64,000 nucleotides of DNA from Clostridiales bacterium. GTDB lineage: Bacteria > Bacillota > Clostridia > Oscillospirales > CAG-272. Location of the stretch: NCBI GenBank assembly GCA_012514145.1, contig JAAZAV010000003.1, forward strand, positions 13,516 through 77,515, written 5' to 3'. The notes under the pieces were generated by a model. The model had not been told where the DNA came from. It searched no databases and was given only the letters and a program-made list of their open reading frames with translations. Positions within the stretch are counted from its first letter, which is position 1; the number at the start of each line of letters is the position of its first letter. Shown here piece by piece: positions 1 through 9,409 of this stretch. The position numbers and the translations under genes are program-made.

Positions 1-82
1 GCATACGCATAATTTCCCCCGCGCATCCAAGTCACGGCAACACAATAACAATACATAAAACCCGAAACAAACGGAGGTAAAA

Positions 83-2362
83 ATGGCAGACAAAAGATTA
101 ACGGCACAGGTCAAGGAATTCGCCCGCAAGCTGGGCGCCGACCTGGTAGGCATCGCCAGCATCGACCGCTTCGATACCGCTCCCATTAAGATGAGCCCTC
201 AGGGCATTCTCCCCACCGCCAAATCGGTGGTGGTCTGCGCTGTTCACCATCCCGACGCCACTATCGAGCTTGAGGGCGGCGAGCGGGGCGACAGCCAGAT
301 CTTCGAGTCCTACGCGGTTCAGTATGTGATGAACAGCAAGCTGGATCATCTCTCCTACAACATCGGCCGTTTCCTCGACTCAAAGGGCTACGACGCGGTG
401 CCCATCGTTTCATCCAACATCTGGCGCTACCGCTCCTACAAGGAGCTTGACGCGGTGTTCAGTCCCGACATGTCCCACATCTACAGCTCTGTGGCGGCGG
501 GTCTGTCCTCCATGGGCTGGAACGGCCTTGCGCTGACCCCGGAGTACGGCCCCCGCAACCGCTTCGTATCGATAATCACCGACGCCGAGCTTGAGCCTAC
601 CCCCATGGTGGAGGAGAAGCTCTGCGACATGTGCGGCGAGTGCATACGCTGCTGCCCCACCGACGCCTATCGCAAGCAGTGCGACGGCGCAAAGACCATA
701 TCCTTCAAGGGCAGGGTTCACCGCTTCGCCAACAAGAATCTGTGGCGCTGCGCCTGGGGCGAGCATTTCGACATTGACCTGGACGACGAGATTCCCGAGT
801 ATATCGACGAGGATGTTATCATCAAGCGCCTTGCCGAGAAGGGACGCCGGGGCGGCGAGTTCGGCGTCTGTCTTAAAGTCTGCGTTCCCCCTCAGATCCG
901 CGAGCGCGACGAGAGCTACTCCAAGTACAACCGCCGCCGCCGTCTGAAAGCCGACCTTGACGCGCCGGTAAGCCGCGAGGCATTCGATATCATGACCGAC
1001 ATCGGTCTTAAGTATCACATTGAGAAGATAGTCACCGTACCGGTTTCCAAATTCGCCGAACGCGGCGTCGATCTGACAAAGAAGCTGCCCAAGGCTCAGT
1101 CGGTCATCTATGTCGCCGCCACCTATGAGAACGCTCCCTCCTCTCTGCCGGCAGGCGCCGCCTGGAAGGTTGAGAATCCGATAACCGGCGCAATCCGCGG
1201 CGGTCTGAACTTCGCTTCATATGATATCGCCCGACAGCTTGAGAAGTGGGGCTACGACACCATGGCGATGATGTCCTCACTATACAAGTTCGGTCCCGAG
1301 TTCGTGGAGCAGACCGAGGGCGTGAATACCATCTACGGCGCGGTTCTTACAAACGCTCCCCTGCCCGAGAAGTCCATAGACCTTCGTTCGGGCAGCGAGC
1401 TGAGAGGAGACCTTAAGACAAATCTGTGGGAGATCGCTAAGGAGTTCGGCGCCGACATGATGGGCGTTGCTCCCGCCTCCCGCATCGAGGATATCCGCCG
1501 CCAGCTAAGCCCGTTAAAGGACGGCGAAAAGCTCTTCAACGTCCGCGACAAAAATCCCGCGTTCCATGTATTCGATCCCGAGGTCAGCGAGACAAAGCGC
1601 GAGTTATTCTCGCCCTACCAGTATGTGGAGGGCGCCAAGTCGGTTATCGTGATTGGCTCCCATTATCCCTCCGCACCCGCTCTGAGAGCCGGCAGACCTC
1701 CCGCCGAGGCGATAGGTCCCTTCATCTTCGCGCAGTCCCAGGGTCTCAATGAGCTGAACTTCATCGGCGCCGAGGTCATCGCCGCTCTGAAATCGGCAGG
1801 CTACAAGGCATACATGACCCACGATCTGCTGGGCGCCGGCACTGTCATCTGCTCGCCCCGCGGCATGTATTCCAGCCCCTTCGACTCTGCCCTTGAGGCG
1901 GTTGCGGCGGGTCTCGGACAGCTCACCTACGGCGGCTATCTGAACACCGACAAGTTCGGCACAACACAGAAGCTCATCTGCATAATCACCGACGCTCCCC
2001 TTGCTCCCGACCCGGTACAGGCAAACACCGTCCAGGCGACCTGCGACGACTGCCGCAAATGCTTCGAGAACTGCCCGATGAAGGCTCACCTCTTCGACGA
2101 GCGCATAAACCTGAACATCGGCGGCGTGGATTACACCTATGTTCCGCTGAACACGGTTCACTGCCAGTGGGCTTCCAAGTACGCCCTCACCAAGCGTGAC
2201 GGCTTCGAGTATCTGGGCTGCGAGCTGGACGAGATGCCCGGCGAGAACGAGGACATCACCGTTGAGATGCTCAAGGAGGCGCTCCGCAAGCGCGACCCCA
2301 TCACCAAGGGACGCCCCGCGGCCGCCGAGCAGTGCTTCGTACACTGTCCGCTGATAAAATAA
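83..2362 (+). CDS. Multi-module iron-sulfur oxidoreductase related to the epoxyqueuosine reductase (QueG)/reductive-dehalogenase-like family, with internally duplicated modules
   Basis: SD GGAGG 7 nt upstream of the ATG. Two CxxCxxCxxxCP ferredoxin motifs (CDMCGECIRCCP, DNA ~620-658; CDDCRKCFENCP, ~2038-2078), each followed by a distal CxxxCP (CLKVCVPP; CFVHCP). The N-terminal module signature recurs (LGADLVGIA..AKSVVVCAVHHP / AQSVIYVAATYE / FGADMMGVA..AKSVIVIGSHYP). Confidence 0.6.
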   Translation: MADKRLTAQVKEFARKLGADLVGIASIDRFDTAPIKMSPQGILPTAKSVVVCAVHHPDATIELEGGERGDSQIFESYAVQYVMNSKLDHLSYNIGRFLDSKGYDAVPIVSSNIWRYRSYKELDAVFSPDMSHIYSSVAAGLSSMGWNGLALTPEYGPRNRFVSIITDAELEPTPMVEEKLCDMCGECIRCCPTDAYRKQCDGAKTISFKGRVHRFANKNLWRCAWGEHFDIDLDDEIPEYIDEDVIIKRLAEKGRRGGEFGVCLKVCVPPQIRERDESYSKYNRRRRLKADLDAPVSREAFDIMTDIGLKYHIEKIVTVPVSKFAERGVDLTKKLPKAQSVIYVAATYENAPSSLPAGAAWKVENPITGAIRGGLNFASYDIARQLEKWGYDTMAMMSSLYKFGPEFVEQTEGVNTIYGAVLTNAPLPEKSIDLRSGSELRGDLKTNLWEIAKEFGADMMGVAPASRIEDIRRQLSPLKDGEKLFNVRDKNPAFHVFDPEVSETKRELFSPYQYVEGAKSVIVIGSHYPSAPALRAGRPPAEAIGPFIFAQSQGLNELNFIGAEVIAALKSAGYKAYMTHDLLGAGTVICSPRGMYSSPFDSALEAVAAGLGQLTYGGYLNTDKFGTTQKLICIITDAPLAPDPVQANTVQATCDDCRKCFENCPMKAHLFDERINLNIGGVDYTYVPLNTVHCQWASKYALTKRDGFEYLGCELDEMPGENEDITVEMLKEALRKRDPITKGRPAAAEQCFVHCPLIK

Positions 2363-2385
2363 GAATTTACGGCTTAAATCCGGCA

Positions 2386-2420
2386 TATAGGATATTTCGG
2401 CATTTCGGAATATCCTATAT
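2386..2420. repeat. Perfect 12-bp inverted repeat (atataggatatt/aatatcctatat) downstream of the Fe-S protein gene
   Basis: Read directly from the sequence; 11-nt loop. Confidence 0.6.
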
Positions 2421-2445
2421 ACGTGCCTGAGCCGGACACAATAAT

Positions 2446-2476
2446 AAGGGGAGATACCTGCGCGGTATCTCCCCTT
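2446..2476 (+). terminator. Hairpin (13-bp perfect stem aaggggagatacc/ggtatctcccctt), possible terminator of the 83-2362 gene
   Basis: Perfect GC-containing stem 84 nt after the stop codon. The 3' tract is not U-rich, so terminator function is uncertain. Confidence 0.35.
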
Positions 2477-2649
2477 ATTGACAAAATTATCCTGTCTGTC
2501 CCGATTCGGTTTTCTGCCGCGATATTTTTTGCGGGATTTCCTTGCAGCGGCACCGCAAATACATGATATTCACTATATAAAGGAATTATACAAAATTAAT
2601 TACCGCAAAATAAACAAAATAATCCTTCGAATTTAGTTAGCTTATGTTA

Positions 2650-2678
2650 TTGACATAGTGATAACAATGTGTTAAAAT
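2650..2678 (+). promoter_or_regulatory. Sigma-A type promoter TTGACA-17-TAAAAT with extended -10 (TGT)
   Basis: -35 at 2650-2655, 17-nt spacer, -10 at 2673-2678, about 48 nt upstream of the 2726 start codon. Confidence 0.6.
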
Positions 2679-2725
2679 CTTTTTAAGAAGCCATAACACA
2701 CAAAAAATGAAAGGAATGGAAAAAG

Positions 2726-3625
2726 ATGAAAAGAATCTCGGCTCTCGCGCTCATGGCGCTTATGATCATCGCTATGATGTCCTTCGCGGTTTCGGCAAAA
2801 AACAACGACAAAATCGAGGCTCCTTATTTCAACATCCCGCCGGTCATCGACGGCGTTGTCACCCTCGAAGAGTGGGGCAACGTCTCGGTGCATGTTACTC
2901 CCGAACAGTCAGCGTCCTACTACTGCGACGCCGGAGGGGGCGCCCTCGATATCAGTTTCAATATGTGGCTTCGTTGGGATGAGACCTACCTCTACATAGC
3001 GGTCGTCACCAACGAACCCGACGGACATTCTCTGCCGCAAGGCGAGGGAAGTCTCTGGAACGGCGACGTCATCCAGTTCAGGGCGGACCCCGCGGGTCCC
3101 AACGGCTCGGGCGACAAGAACGCTCCCTGGAGCAACGCTTCGATTCCGAATATTTCGGTAGGTCAGCTTTCCGACGGCAAGCAGACCAGCTGGGATTTCC
3201 AGGCTTCAAAGGAAATACCGGGCGCTAAGTATAAGATCAACGTCGGAAGCAATTCCACCACCTATGAAGTAGCTATTCCGCATGAGTATTTCGGCGGCAA
3301 GGGCAAAGAGAATTTCGTTTACGGCTTCTCTCTCGTCCGCCTGAACGCTCCCAAGGGCGCAACCTACAACGCGTGGCTGACATGGGGTGACGGCATCTGC
3401 GGTCCTCAGGAAAATGACGATCGGGTCGGCTCAAACTCCCTGACCCTCGTTAAAAAGGATGCGATCATCATTCCCGAAACCACAGCCGCAACCGAAGCTC
3501 CCGCAGCGAAAGCCGCAGCGAAAACTCCGGCTGCCCAGACAGGCGACATAGGACTCGCGATACTTGCAATTCCCGCCATTTTGTCCCTCGCTGGCGTACA
3601 CATCGTGAGGAAAACCAGAAAATAA
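2726..3625 (+). CDS. Secreted CBM9/DOMON-like carbohydrate-binding protein with a C-terminal LPXTG-like cell-wall sorting signal
   Basis: N-terminal signal peptide (ALALMALMIIAMMSFAVSA). PPVIDGVVTLEEWGN and WNGDVIQFRADP resemble CBM9. The C-terminus has AAQTGD, a hydrophobic helix and an RKTRK tail. Confidence 0.6.
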   Translation: MKRISALALMALMIIAMMSFAVSAKNNDKIEAPYFNIPPVIDGVVTLEEWGNVSVHVTPEQSASYYCDAGGGALDISFNMWLRWDETYLYIAVVTNEPDGHSLPQGEGSLWNGDVIQFRADPAGPNGSGDKNAPWSNASIPNISVGQLSDGKQTSWDFQASKEIPGAKYKINVGSNSTTYEVAIPHEYFGGKGKENFVYGFSLVRLNAPKGATYNAWLTWGDGICGPQENDDRVGSNSLTLVKKDAIIIPETTAATEAPAAKAAAKTPAAQTGDIGLAILAIPAILSLAGVHIVRKTRK

Positions 3626-3673
3626 CCTGTAAAAAAGAAGGGAACGGTCAATAATCCCTTCCTCAACCTGAAG

Positions 3674-3700
3674 ACAAAGCTCCGAAAGGGGCTTTGTTTT
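3674..3700 (+). terminator. Rho-independent terminator (10-bp stem, GAAA tetraloop, T-run)
   Basis: acaaagctcc-gaaa-ggggctttgt followed by ttt, 49 nt after the stop of the 2726-3625 gene. Confidence 0.6.
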
Positions 3701-3786
3701 ATGCGAAAAAGTCGAAGAAAGGTATCAAAATCGCAGAGAAAGTGATATAATAGAAGCAGGAAAAAATAACGGGAGGAAAATTTCAT

Positions 3787-4632
3787 ATGAAGTTTGACAT
3801 ACGCGAAACGGCAGCCGAACGGGTAATACTCTGCGCACATCGGGGCGTGTGGGGTGGCAACATCCCCTGCAACAACAGCCTCGCCTATGAAATAGCCCTT
3901 GCACAGGGCGCCGACATGGTTGAGATCGACGTGACCATGGCGGGCGACGGCGAGCTGTTCATCTTCCATCCGGGCATGGAGAAGCGCCATATCGGGCGCG
4001 ACGTCCATATCGAACATATGAACTCCGCCGAGGTCAGGGAACTGCGTCTCTGCAACTACGACGGCGCCCCCACCGAGACAGGTCTCAACACCCTTGACGA
4101 GATTCTCGAACAGCTGAAGGGACGCTGCTACATCAACGTTGACAAGTTCGGCGACCATCCCGCCGAGATAATCGAGAAGATCAAGCGGCACGACATGAAG
4201 GATCAGATTATCCTCAAGTGCGCCCCGAAGCCCGAATCACTCGACATCATCGAAGCCTATGCCCCCGACATCCAGTTCCTGCCTATTATCAAAGCCGACA
4301 ACGGCACACATGAGATGCTGAAGTCGCGGAACATCAACTACATCGGCTCGGAACTGCTGTTTAAGTCGATGGATGACGAACTGGCGTCTGAGGAATACCG
4401 GGAGATGCTGCGGCGTGACGGCAAGCTGACCTGGATAAACACAATAGTCTACAACCACAAGGCGGTGCTGTCTGCTTTCCATTCGGACGACACGGCGCTG
4501 GCGGGCGATCCGGAGTACGGCTGGGGCTGGCCGGCTGACAACTTCGACATCATCCAGACCGACTGGATAGGAGCGCTGAACGAATTCCTCGTAAAGACGG
4601 GAAGGCGCTTCAGGAACAGAAACGGAAAGTAA
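3787..4632 (+). CDS. Glycerophosphodiester phosphodiesterase (GDPD) family protein, cytoplasmic
   Basis: AHRG..N(S)L.A...A...GADMVEIDV motif typical of GDPD; SD GGGAGG upstream; no signal peptide. Confidence 0.8.
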   Translation: MKFDIRETAAERVILCAHRGVWGGNIPCNNSLAYEIALAQGADMVEIDVTMAGDGELFIFHPGMEKRHIGRDVHIEHMNSAEVRELRLCNYDGAPTETGLNTLDEILEQLKGRCYINVDKFGDHPAEIIEKIKRHDMKDQIILKCAPKPESLDIIEAYAPDIQFLPIIKADNGTHEMLKSRNINYIGSELLFKSMDDELASEEYREMLRRDGKLTWINTIVYNHKAVLSAFHSDDTALAGDPEYGWGWPADNFDIIQTDWIGALNEFLVKTGRRFRNRNGK

Positions 4633-4733
4633 AACTTCGGGTGTCGGAAATCAAAATAGAATACATGATGTTCATATAAATGTATATTGATATAAAAGGA
4701 GACTGTGTTATGGCGTAAAAGAAACGTGCCATC

Positions 4734-5474
4734 GTGTTCGGGGCGCACAATGATGACCCCGAATACGGAGCAGGCGGCATGACGGCTTTATTGAACGAAC
4801 TTGGCTGGGAAATACTGTATGTATGTGTTGCTCATAAGTGCAGACTGTTCAAAAAAGATGCGGGGACCGAGCTTGAACGTCTTTATACGGAGCCCGAAAC
4901 CTGTATGCGGTATCGCGATCAGACAATGGAATCGGCAAGAATCTTGGGCGCCGACAAGGTGTTTGTCAACGAATCGGACAATAAATTCTACTTCTGGGGA
5001 GATGAAGAGGTACGCAAACTCGTTGATATACTTGAGGATTTTCAGCCGGACATAGCCTTTACCCACTGGATGAAGGACAACCATTACGAACACGTTGAGA
5101 CGGCACGCATAACGATGCTCGCCCTGTCGTACAGCGTGAGCTGTGAGGTGTACGCCTATGAGGCCGGGCCCTGGCAGTCGATGGTCTACTTCATGCCGGA
5201 CTTCACGGTAAACATAGCGCCGGTTATGGACAGAGTTGAAAAAAGCCTCATGTGCTACGACCAGCCGAGAGCAAACGGCAAGTGGCTTGTAAAGGAGAAG
5301 AAAGCAGGTGCCAATCTCCGCGGGCATATGTCGGGCTACGAGTGGGGCGAAAGCTTCAAGGTGCTTCGCTGGCCGACAAAGGATCCGGAGCTTATATTGC
5401 CAAAACTTTTCAAGAGCAACTATCGCTGGGGCGGCAACGCGCAATATATGTGGGGAAATCAATACGAATTTTAA
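4734..5474 (+). CDS. PIG-L/LmbE family N-acetylglucosaminyl deacetylase; 5' end interrupted (possible pseudogene or reinitiation)
   Basis: GAHNDDPE matches the AHxDD motif of the family. The best SD/ATG (4697-4701/4710) is followed by TAA at codon 3 (4716-4718). The annotated GTG at 4734 has no SD. Confidence 0.6.
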   Translation: MFGAHNDDPEYGAGGMTALLNELGWEILYVCVAHKCRLFKKDAGTELERLYTEPETCMRYRDQTMESARILGADKVFVNESDNKFYFWGDEEVRKLVDILEDFQPDIAFTHWMKDNHYEHVETARITMLALSYSVSCEVYAYEAGPWQSMVYFMPDFTVNIAPVMDRVEKSLMCYDQPRANGKWLVKEKKAGANLRGHMSGYEWGESFKVLRWPTKDPELILPKLFKSNYRWGGNAQYMWGNQYEF

Positions 5475-5510
5475 GATGTATTCTTGTTCGATTTAATCAC
5501 ATCCGCAATA

Positions 5511-5552
5511 AAAAAGCTGCAGCAAAACACGGATTTTGCTGCAGCTTTTTTA
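5511..5552. terminator. Bidirectional rho-independent terminator between convergent genes
   Basis: aaaaaagctgcagcaaaa-cacgga-ttttgctgcagctttttt: 13-bp perfect stem flanked by an A-run and a T-run. Confidence 0.85.
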
Positions 5553-5568
5553 TGTTCAGACTGTGAGT

Positions 5569-8500
5569 TTACCTGAAATACTTAACGCCCGACTCGAAGA
5601 TTAACTGATCCTTATTGCCGGGGATGTTGACGACAAGCGCTTCCCCGTCGGCGACGCGCTCGGAGTGACCCATCTTGCCGAAGATTCTGCCGTCGGCGGA
5701 GAATATGCCTTCGATAGCCAGCGCCGAGTTGTTGGGATTACAGCGCACGTCGGAGGTGGGAAGCCCCTCGGCGTCCACATACTGGGTGGCAATCTGACCG
5801 TTTGCCGCAAGGGCTGCCAAGAGCGCCTCGGGAGCGGTGAAGCGGCCTTCGCCGTGGGATATCGGCATAGTGTGGAGATCGCCCACATTCACGCCGGCGA
5901 ACCAGGGAGACTTCACCGAAGCCACGCGGGTAATGACCATCTTTGCCTGATGGCGTCCGATGGTGTTGCAGGTGATGGTGGCGCTGTCGGGGGCGCATCT
6001 GTCGGTTATCGAGCCGCCGGGCAGGAGTCCCGACTTTACCAGAGCCTGGAAGCCGTTGCAGATGCCAAGCGCCAGACCGTCACGCTGACCGAGCAGCCTG
6101 TCCACCGCGTGGCGGACGCGGGTATTCCGCAGCACGGCGGTGATGAACTTGGCGGAGCCGTCCGGCTCGTCGCCGCCCGAGAAACCGCCGGGGAGCATGA
6201 GGATCTGTGCCTCGTCTATGAGCTTTGCCAGCTCCTCCATGGACTCGGCGAGAGCGGCGGGAGTGAGATTGCGCAGAACGAATATGCGCGAGTCGCCGCC
6301 GGCGCGGTTGAATCGGAGCATGGTGTCATACTCGCAGTTTGTGCCGGGGAACACCGGTATGACTACCCGCGGCTTTGCGAAGCTGCCGGCCGAATGAGCG
6401 CGCCCGCGATCGGTGCAGCTGTACGCCTCGTAGTTCCTTATCGCCACCTGCGGGGTGGAGGCGGGGAATATCTTTTCAAGCGGTTCCTGCCAGATTTCCT
6501 CAAGGCAGTCGAGGCAGAGAGACGCGCCGTTGAAAGCAATGCTTCTATCGTCTGTCGTCTCACCTATGAGGGTTGCGCTGCCCGAATTGACGGGTTTTAA
6601 CTCACAGCCGGGAGCGGTTTCAACGACGAAGGAGCCTAAGAGCCGTCCGAAAAGCTGACGGGAGCTGAGGGGGCGGCATGCCGAGAAGCCGATACCATTG
6701 CCCAGCGCCGATTTCAGCAACCGCTCCGCCGTGCCGCCGAAGCCCACAGCAGAGCAGGAGCGCAGACAGCCGCCTGCCGCGAGAGTGTGTATGTATTCAA
6801 ACAGGCTGCGCAGCGAATCAAAGTCCACAAGCCCTTCGCCGGTATACTTGGGGGACAGAAGCCAGACGCCGCTGCCCGCCGACTTGAACTCGGGGGTGAC
6901 CAGCTTTGAGGCTGAATTTGTGGTGATGACGAATGAAACCAGGGTAGGCGGCACGTCGATATCCTCGAATGAGCCGGACATTGAGTCCTTGCCGCCTATC
7001 GCGGGGATGCCCAGCTCAAGCTGAGCGGTAAGCGCGCCCAGCAGCGCCGCGAAGGGCTTGCCCCAGCGGGCGGGGTTCCCCCTGTTGCGCTCGAAATATT
7101 CCTGCAGGGATGCCCGGGCGGCGCGGTAATCACAGCCGGCTGCCGTCAGCTTGGCGGCAGAGGATATAACCGCCCAGTATGCGCCGTGATAGGGGCTGAG
7201 GGAGGAAATATAGGGGTCAAAGCCGTATGCCATGACCGACGCGGTGTCGGTCCTGCCGAGCACCGGCAGTTTGGCCGCCATATATTCGGCGGGGGTGAGC
7301 TGGTTCTTTCCGCCCAGGGGTACCACAACGGTGGCGGCGCCCACGGTGGAGTCGAAATGCTCTATAAGTCCCTTCTGCGAACAGACGTTCAGGTCGCCAG
7401 CCAGATTCCTGAATGCCGCTTCGGTGGCGGAGGCGGAGGGAATGTCATCTGCGGGGGTATTAATGAAGGCGGCGCCGTCAAAGAGGGCGTTCACGCCGCT
7501 GACGTCGGCGGGAGTGACCTCCACGTCGGTGTGTTTGGGCGCGCCGTTGGAGTTGAGGAAGGTGCGGCAGATATTTACTATGACCTTGCCGCGCCAGCGC
7601 ATGACAAGGCGGGGAGTCTCGGTGACCACGGCGACCGCGGTTGCCTCCAGGTTCTCGGCGGCGGCGTACTCGATAAAGCGCGCCTCATCCTCGGCGGCGA
7701 TGACCACCGCCATACGCTCCTGAGACTCCGAAATCGCCAGTTCGGTGCCGTCCAGACCCTCGTATTTCTTCGGAACTCTTGAAAGGTCAATTGACAAACC
7801 GTCGGCAAGTTCGCCTATCGCAACCGATACGCCGCCCGCGCCGAAGTCGTTGCAGCGCTTTATCATGCGGGTGACACGGGGATCGCGGAAGAGACGCTGA
7901 ATCTTGCGCTCCTCCGGCGGGTTGCCCTTCTGCACCTCGGCGCCGCAGGTATAGAGCGATTCAGCGGTGTGAGCCTTGGAGGAGCCGGTAGCGCCGCCGC
8001 AGCCGTCGCGTCCGGTGCGGCCGCCCAGCAGTATGACAACGTCGCCGGGCATAGGCTCCTCGCGCACCACATATGATGCGGGAGCGGCGCCCACCACGGC
8101 GCCCAACTCCATGCGCTTAGCCACATATCCGGGATGGTATATCTCGTAAATCCCGCCGGCGGGGATGCCGAACTGGTTGCCGTATGATGAATATCCGGCG
8201 GCGGCGGTCTTGGTCAGCTTGGACTGGGGCAGCTTGCCCGGCATGGTCTCGGACACCGGCAGACGGGGATCGGCTGCGCCGGTGACGCGCATCGCCTGGT
8301 AGACATATGAGCGCCCCGACATCGGGTCGCGTATCGCGCCGCCCAGACAGGTGGCAGCTCCGCCGAAGGGTTCTATCTCGGTGGGATGGTTGTGAGTCTC
8401 GTTCTTGAACATCAGGAGCCAGTCTTCCGGCTTGCCGTCCACGTCAACCGTAATCTTCACCGAGCAGGCGTTTACTTCCTTGCTGCTGTCCAGGTCGTCC

Positions 8501-9372
8501 AGGCGGCCGGTCATACGCAGGTATTTCGCGCCGATGGTGGCTATATCCATGAGGGAGATGTCCTTGTGACGGCTGCCGTAATACTCGGCGCGGGCGGCAA
8601 GATAGGTCTCGTATGCCTCGCGGATAAAGGAATCCTCTATCTTAACGCCGTCTATTGCGGTGAGGAAGGTGGTGTGGCGGCAGTGATCCGACCAGTAGGT
8701 GTCTATCATGCGCAGCTCGGTGACGGTTGGGTCGCGCTTTTCCTCGTCCCTGAAGTAGGCGACGCAGAAGCGCAGGTCGTCGCGGTCCATTGCCAGCGAC
8801 CAGCTGTCGATAAAATCCGTCAATTCGCTGTTGTCCGAAAGGGCGGTGAAGCCTTCGATGATCTCCACATCGGGGGGCGTCACCGGCTCGTCGCGGAGGG
8901 TCTCGGGCAGGTCAAAGGATGCCTCCCGGCTTTCGACGGGGTTGATGAGATACTTCTTAATCTTCCCGAAGGTCTTGTCGTCAATATCGCCGTAAAGGGC
9001 GTAGACTTTGGCTGTGTGAACCATGGGGCGCTCGCCGCCGGTCATAAGCTGGACGCACTGCGCGCAGGAGTCGGCGCGCTGATCGAACTGCCCGGGCAGA
9101 TATTCGATGGCAAAGAGATGCGCTTTTGCGCCGTCCGCGGCGCCCGCGCCCGCATCGAAGCTGTCGGACACAATGTCGCTCTGCGGCTCCGAGAAGATGG
9201 TGTAACGCGCCGCGTCAAGGTCGGCCTTGCTGATTCCCTCGACGTCGTAGCGGTTGGCGATTCTGACGGCGGTCAGACCGGAAACGCCGAGATTCTCGCG
9301 CAGGTCGGCCGAGAGCGCGGCTTCCTCGACCTTGAAGCCCTCCCGCCTTTCAACAAACAGTCTGTATACCAT
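5569..9372 (-). CDS. purL: Phosphoribosylformylglycinamidine (FGAM) synthase, single-chain large form
   Basis: 1267 aa. AIR-synthase-like repeats (HNHPTEIEPFGGAATCLGGAIRD), C-terminal glutamine amidotransferase domain (GICNGFQ, HSE). Confidence 0.95.
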   Translation of the reverse strand: MVYRLFVERREGFKVEEAALSADLRENLGVSGLTAVRIANRYDVEGISKADLDAARYTIFSEPQSDIVSDSFDAGAGAADGAKAHLFAIEYLPGQFDQRADSCAQCVQLMTGGERPMVHTAKVYALYGDIDDKTFGKIKKYLINPVESREASFDLPETLRDEPVTPPDVEIIEGFTALSDNSELTDFIDSWSLAMDRDDLRFCVAYFRDEEKRDPTVTELRMIDTYWSDHCRHTTFLTAIDGVKIEDSFIREAYETYLAARAEYYGSRHKDISLMDIATIGAKYLRMTGRLDDLDSSKEVNACSVKITVDVDGKPEDWLLMFKNETHNHPTEIEPFGGAATCLGGAIRDPMSGRSYVYQAMRVTGAADPRLPVSETMPGKLPQSKLTKTAAAGYSSYGNQFGIPAGGIYEIYHPGYVAKRMELGAVVGAAPASYVVREEPMPGDVVILLGGRTGRDGCGGATGSSKAHTAESLYTCGAEVQKGNPPEERKIQRLFRDPRVTRMIKRCNDFGAGGVSVAIGELADGLSIDLSRVPKKYEGLDGTELAISESQERMAVVIAAEDEARFIEYAAAENLEATAVAVVTETPRLVMRWRGKVIVNICRTFLNSNGAPKHTDVEVTPADVSGVNALFDGAAFINTPADDIPSASATEAAFRNLAGDLNVCSQKGLIEHFDSTVGAATVVVPLGGKNQLTPAEYMAAKLPVLGRTDTASVMAYGFDPYISSLSPYHGAYWAVISSAAKLTAAGCDYRAARASLQEYFERNRGNPARWGKPFAALLGALTAQLELGIPAIGGKDSMSGSFEDIDVPPTLVSFVITTNSASKLVTPEFKSAGSGVWLLSPKYTGEGLVDFDSLRSLFEYIHTLAAGGCLRSCSAVGFGGTAERLLKSALGNGIGFSACRPLSSRQLFGRLLGSFVVETAPGCELKPVNSGSATLIGETTDDRSIAFNGASLCLDCLEEIWQEPLEKIFPASTPQVAIRNYEAYSCTDRGRAHSAGSFAKPRVVIPVFPGTNCEYDTMLRFNRAGGDSRIFVLRNLTPAALAESMEELAKLIDEAQILMLPGGFSGGDEPDGSAKFITAVLRNTRVRHAVDRLLGQRDGLALGICNGFQALVKSGLLPGGSITDRCAPDSATITCNTIGRHQAKMVITRVASVKSPWFAGVNVGDLHTMPISHGEGRFTAPEALLAALAANGQIATQYVDAEGLPTSDVRCNPNNSALAIEGIFSADGRIFGKMGHSERVADGEALVVNIPGNKDQLIFESGVKYFR

Positions 9373-9409
9373 TGTTCAGTCCTCTTTTATATATAATATA
9401 ATATGTCTT

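Noticed and set aside
2386-2476. Two long perfect inverted repeats considered as a MITE or mobile-element remnant.
   Set aside because: There are no flanking direct repeats and no second copy in the window. Their position right after a stop codon fits transcription termination or RNA stabilisation.
4716-4718. The in-frame TAA in the PIG-L gene as evidence of stop-codon reassignment.
   Set aside because: TAA clearly terminates other well-defined genes in the window (for example 83-2362, the ADH and rpsF). A nonsense mutation, a sequencing error or reinitiation is far more likely.
9373-9409. Purine riboswitch or PurR box upstream of purL.
   Set aside because: Only 37 bp separate purL from the mtaB stop, which is too short for a riboswitch. 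purL is probably read through from mtaB.
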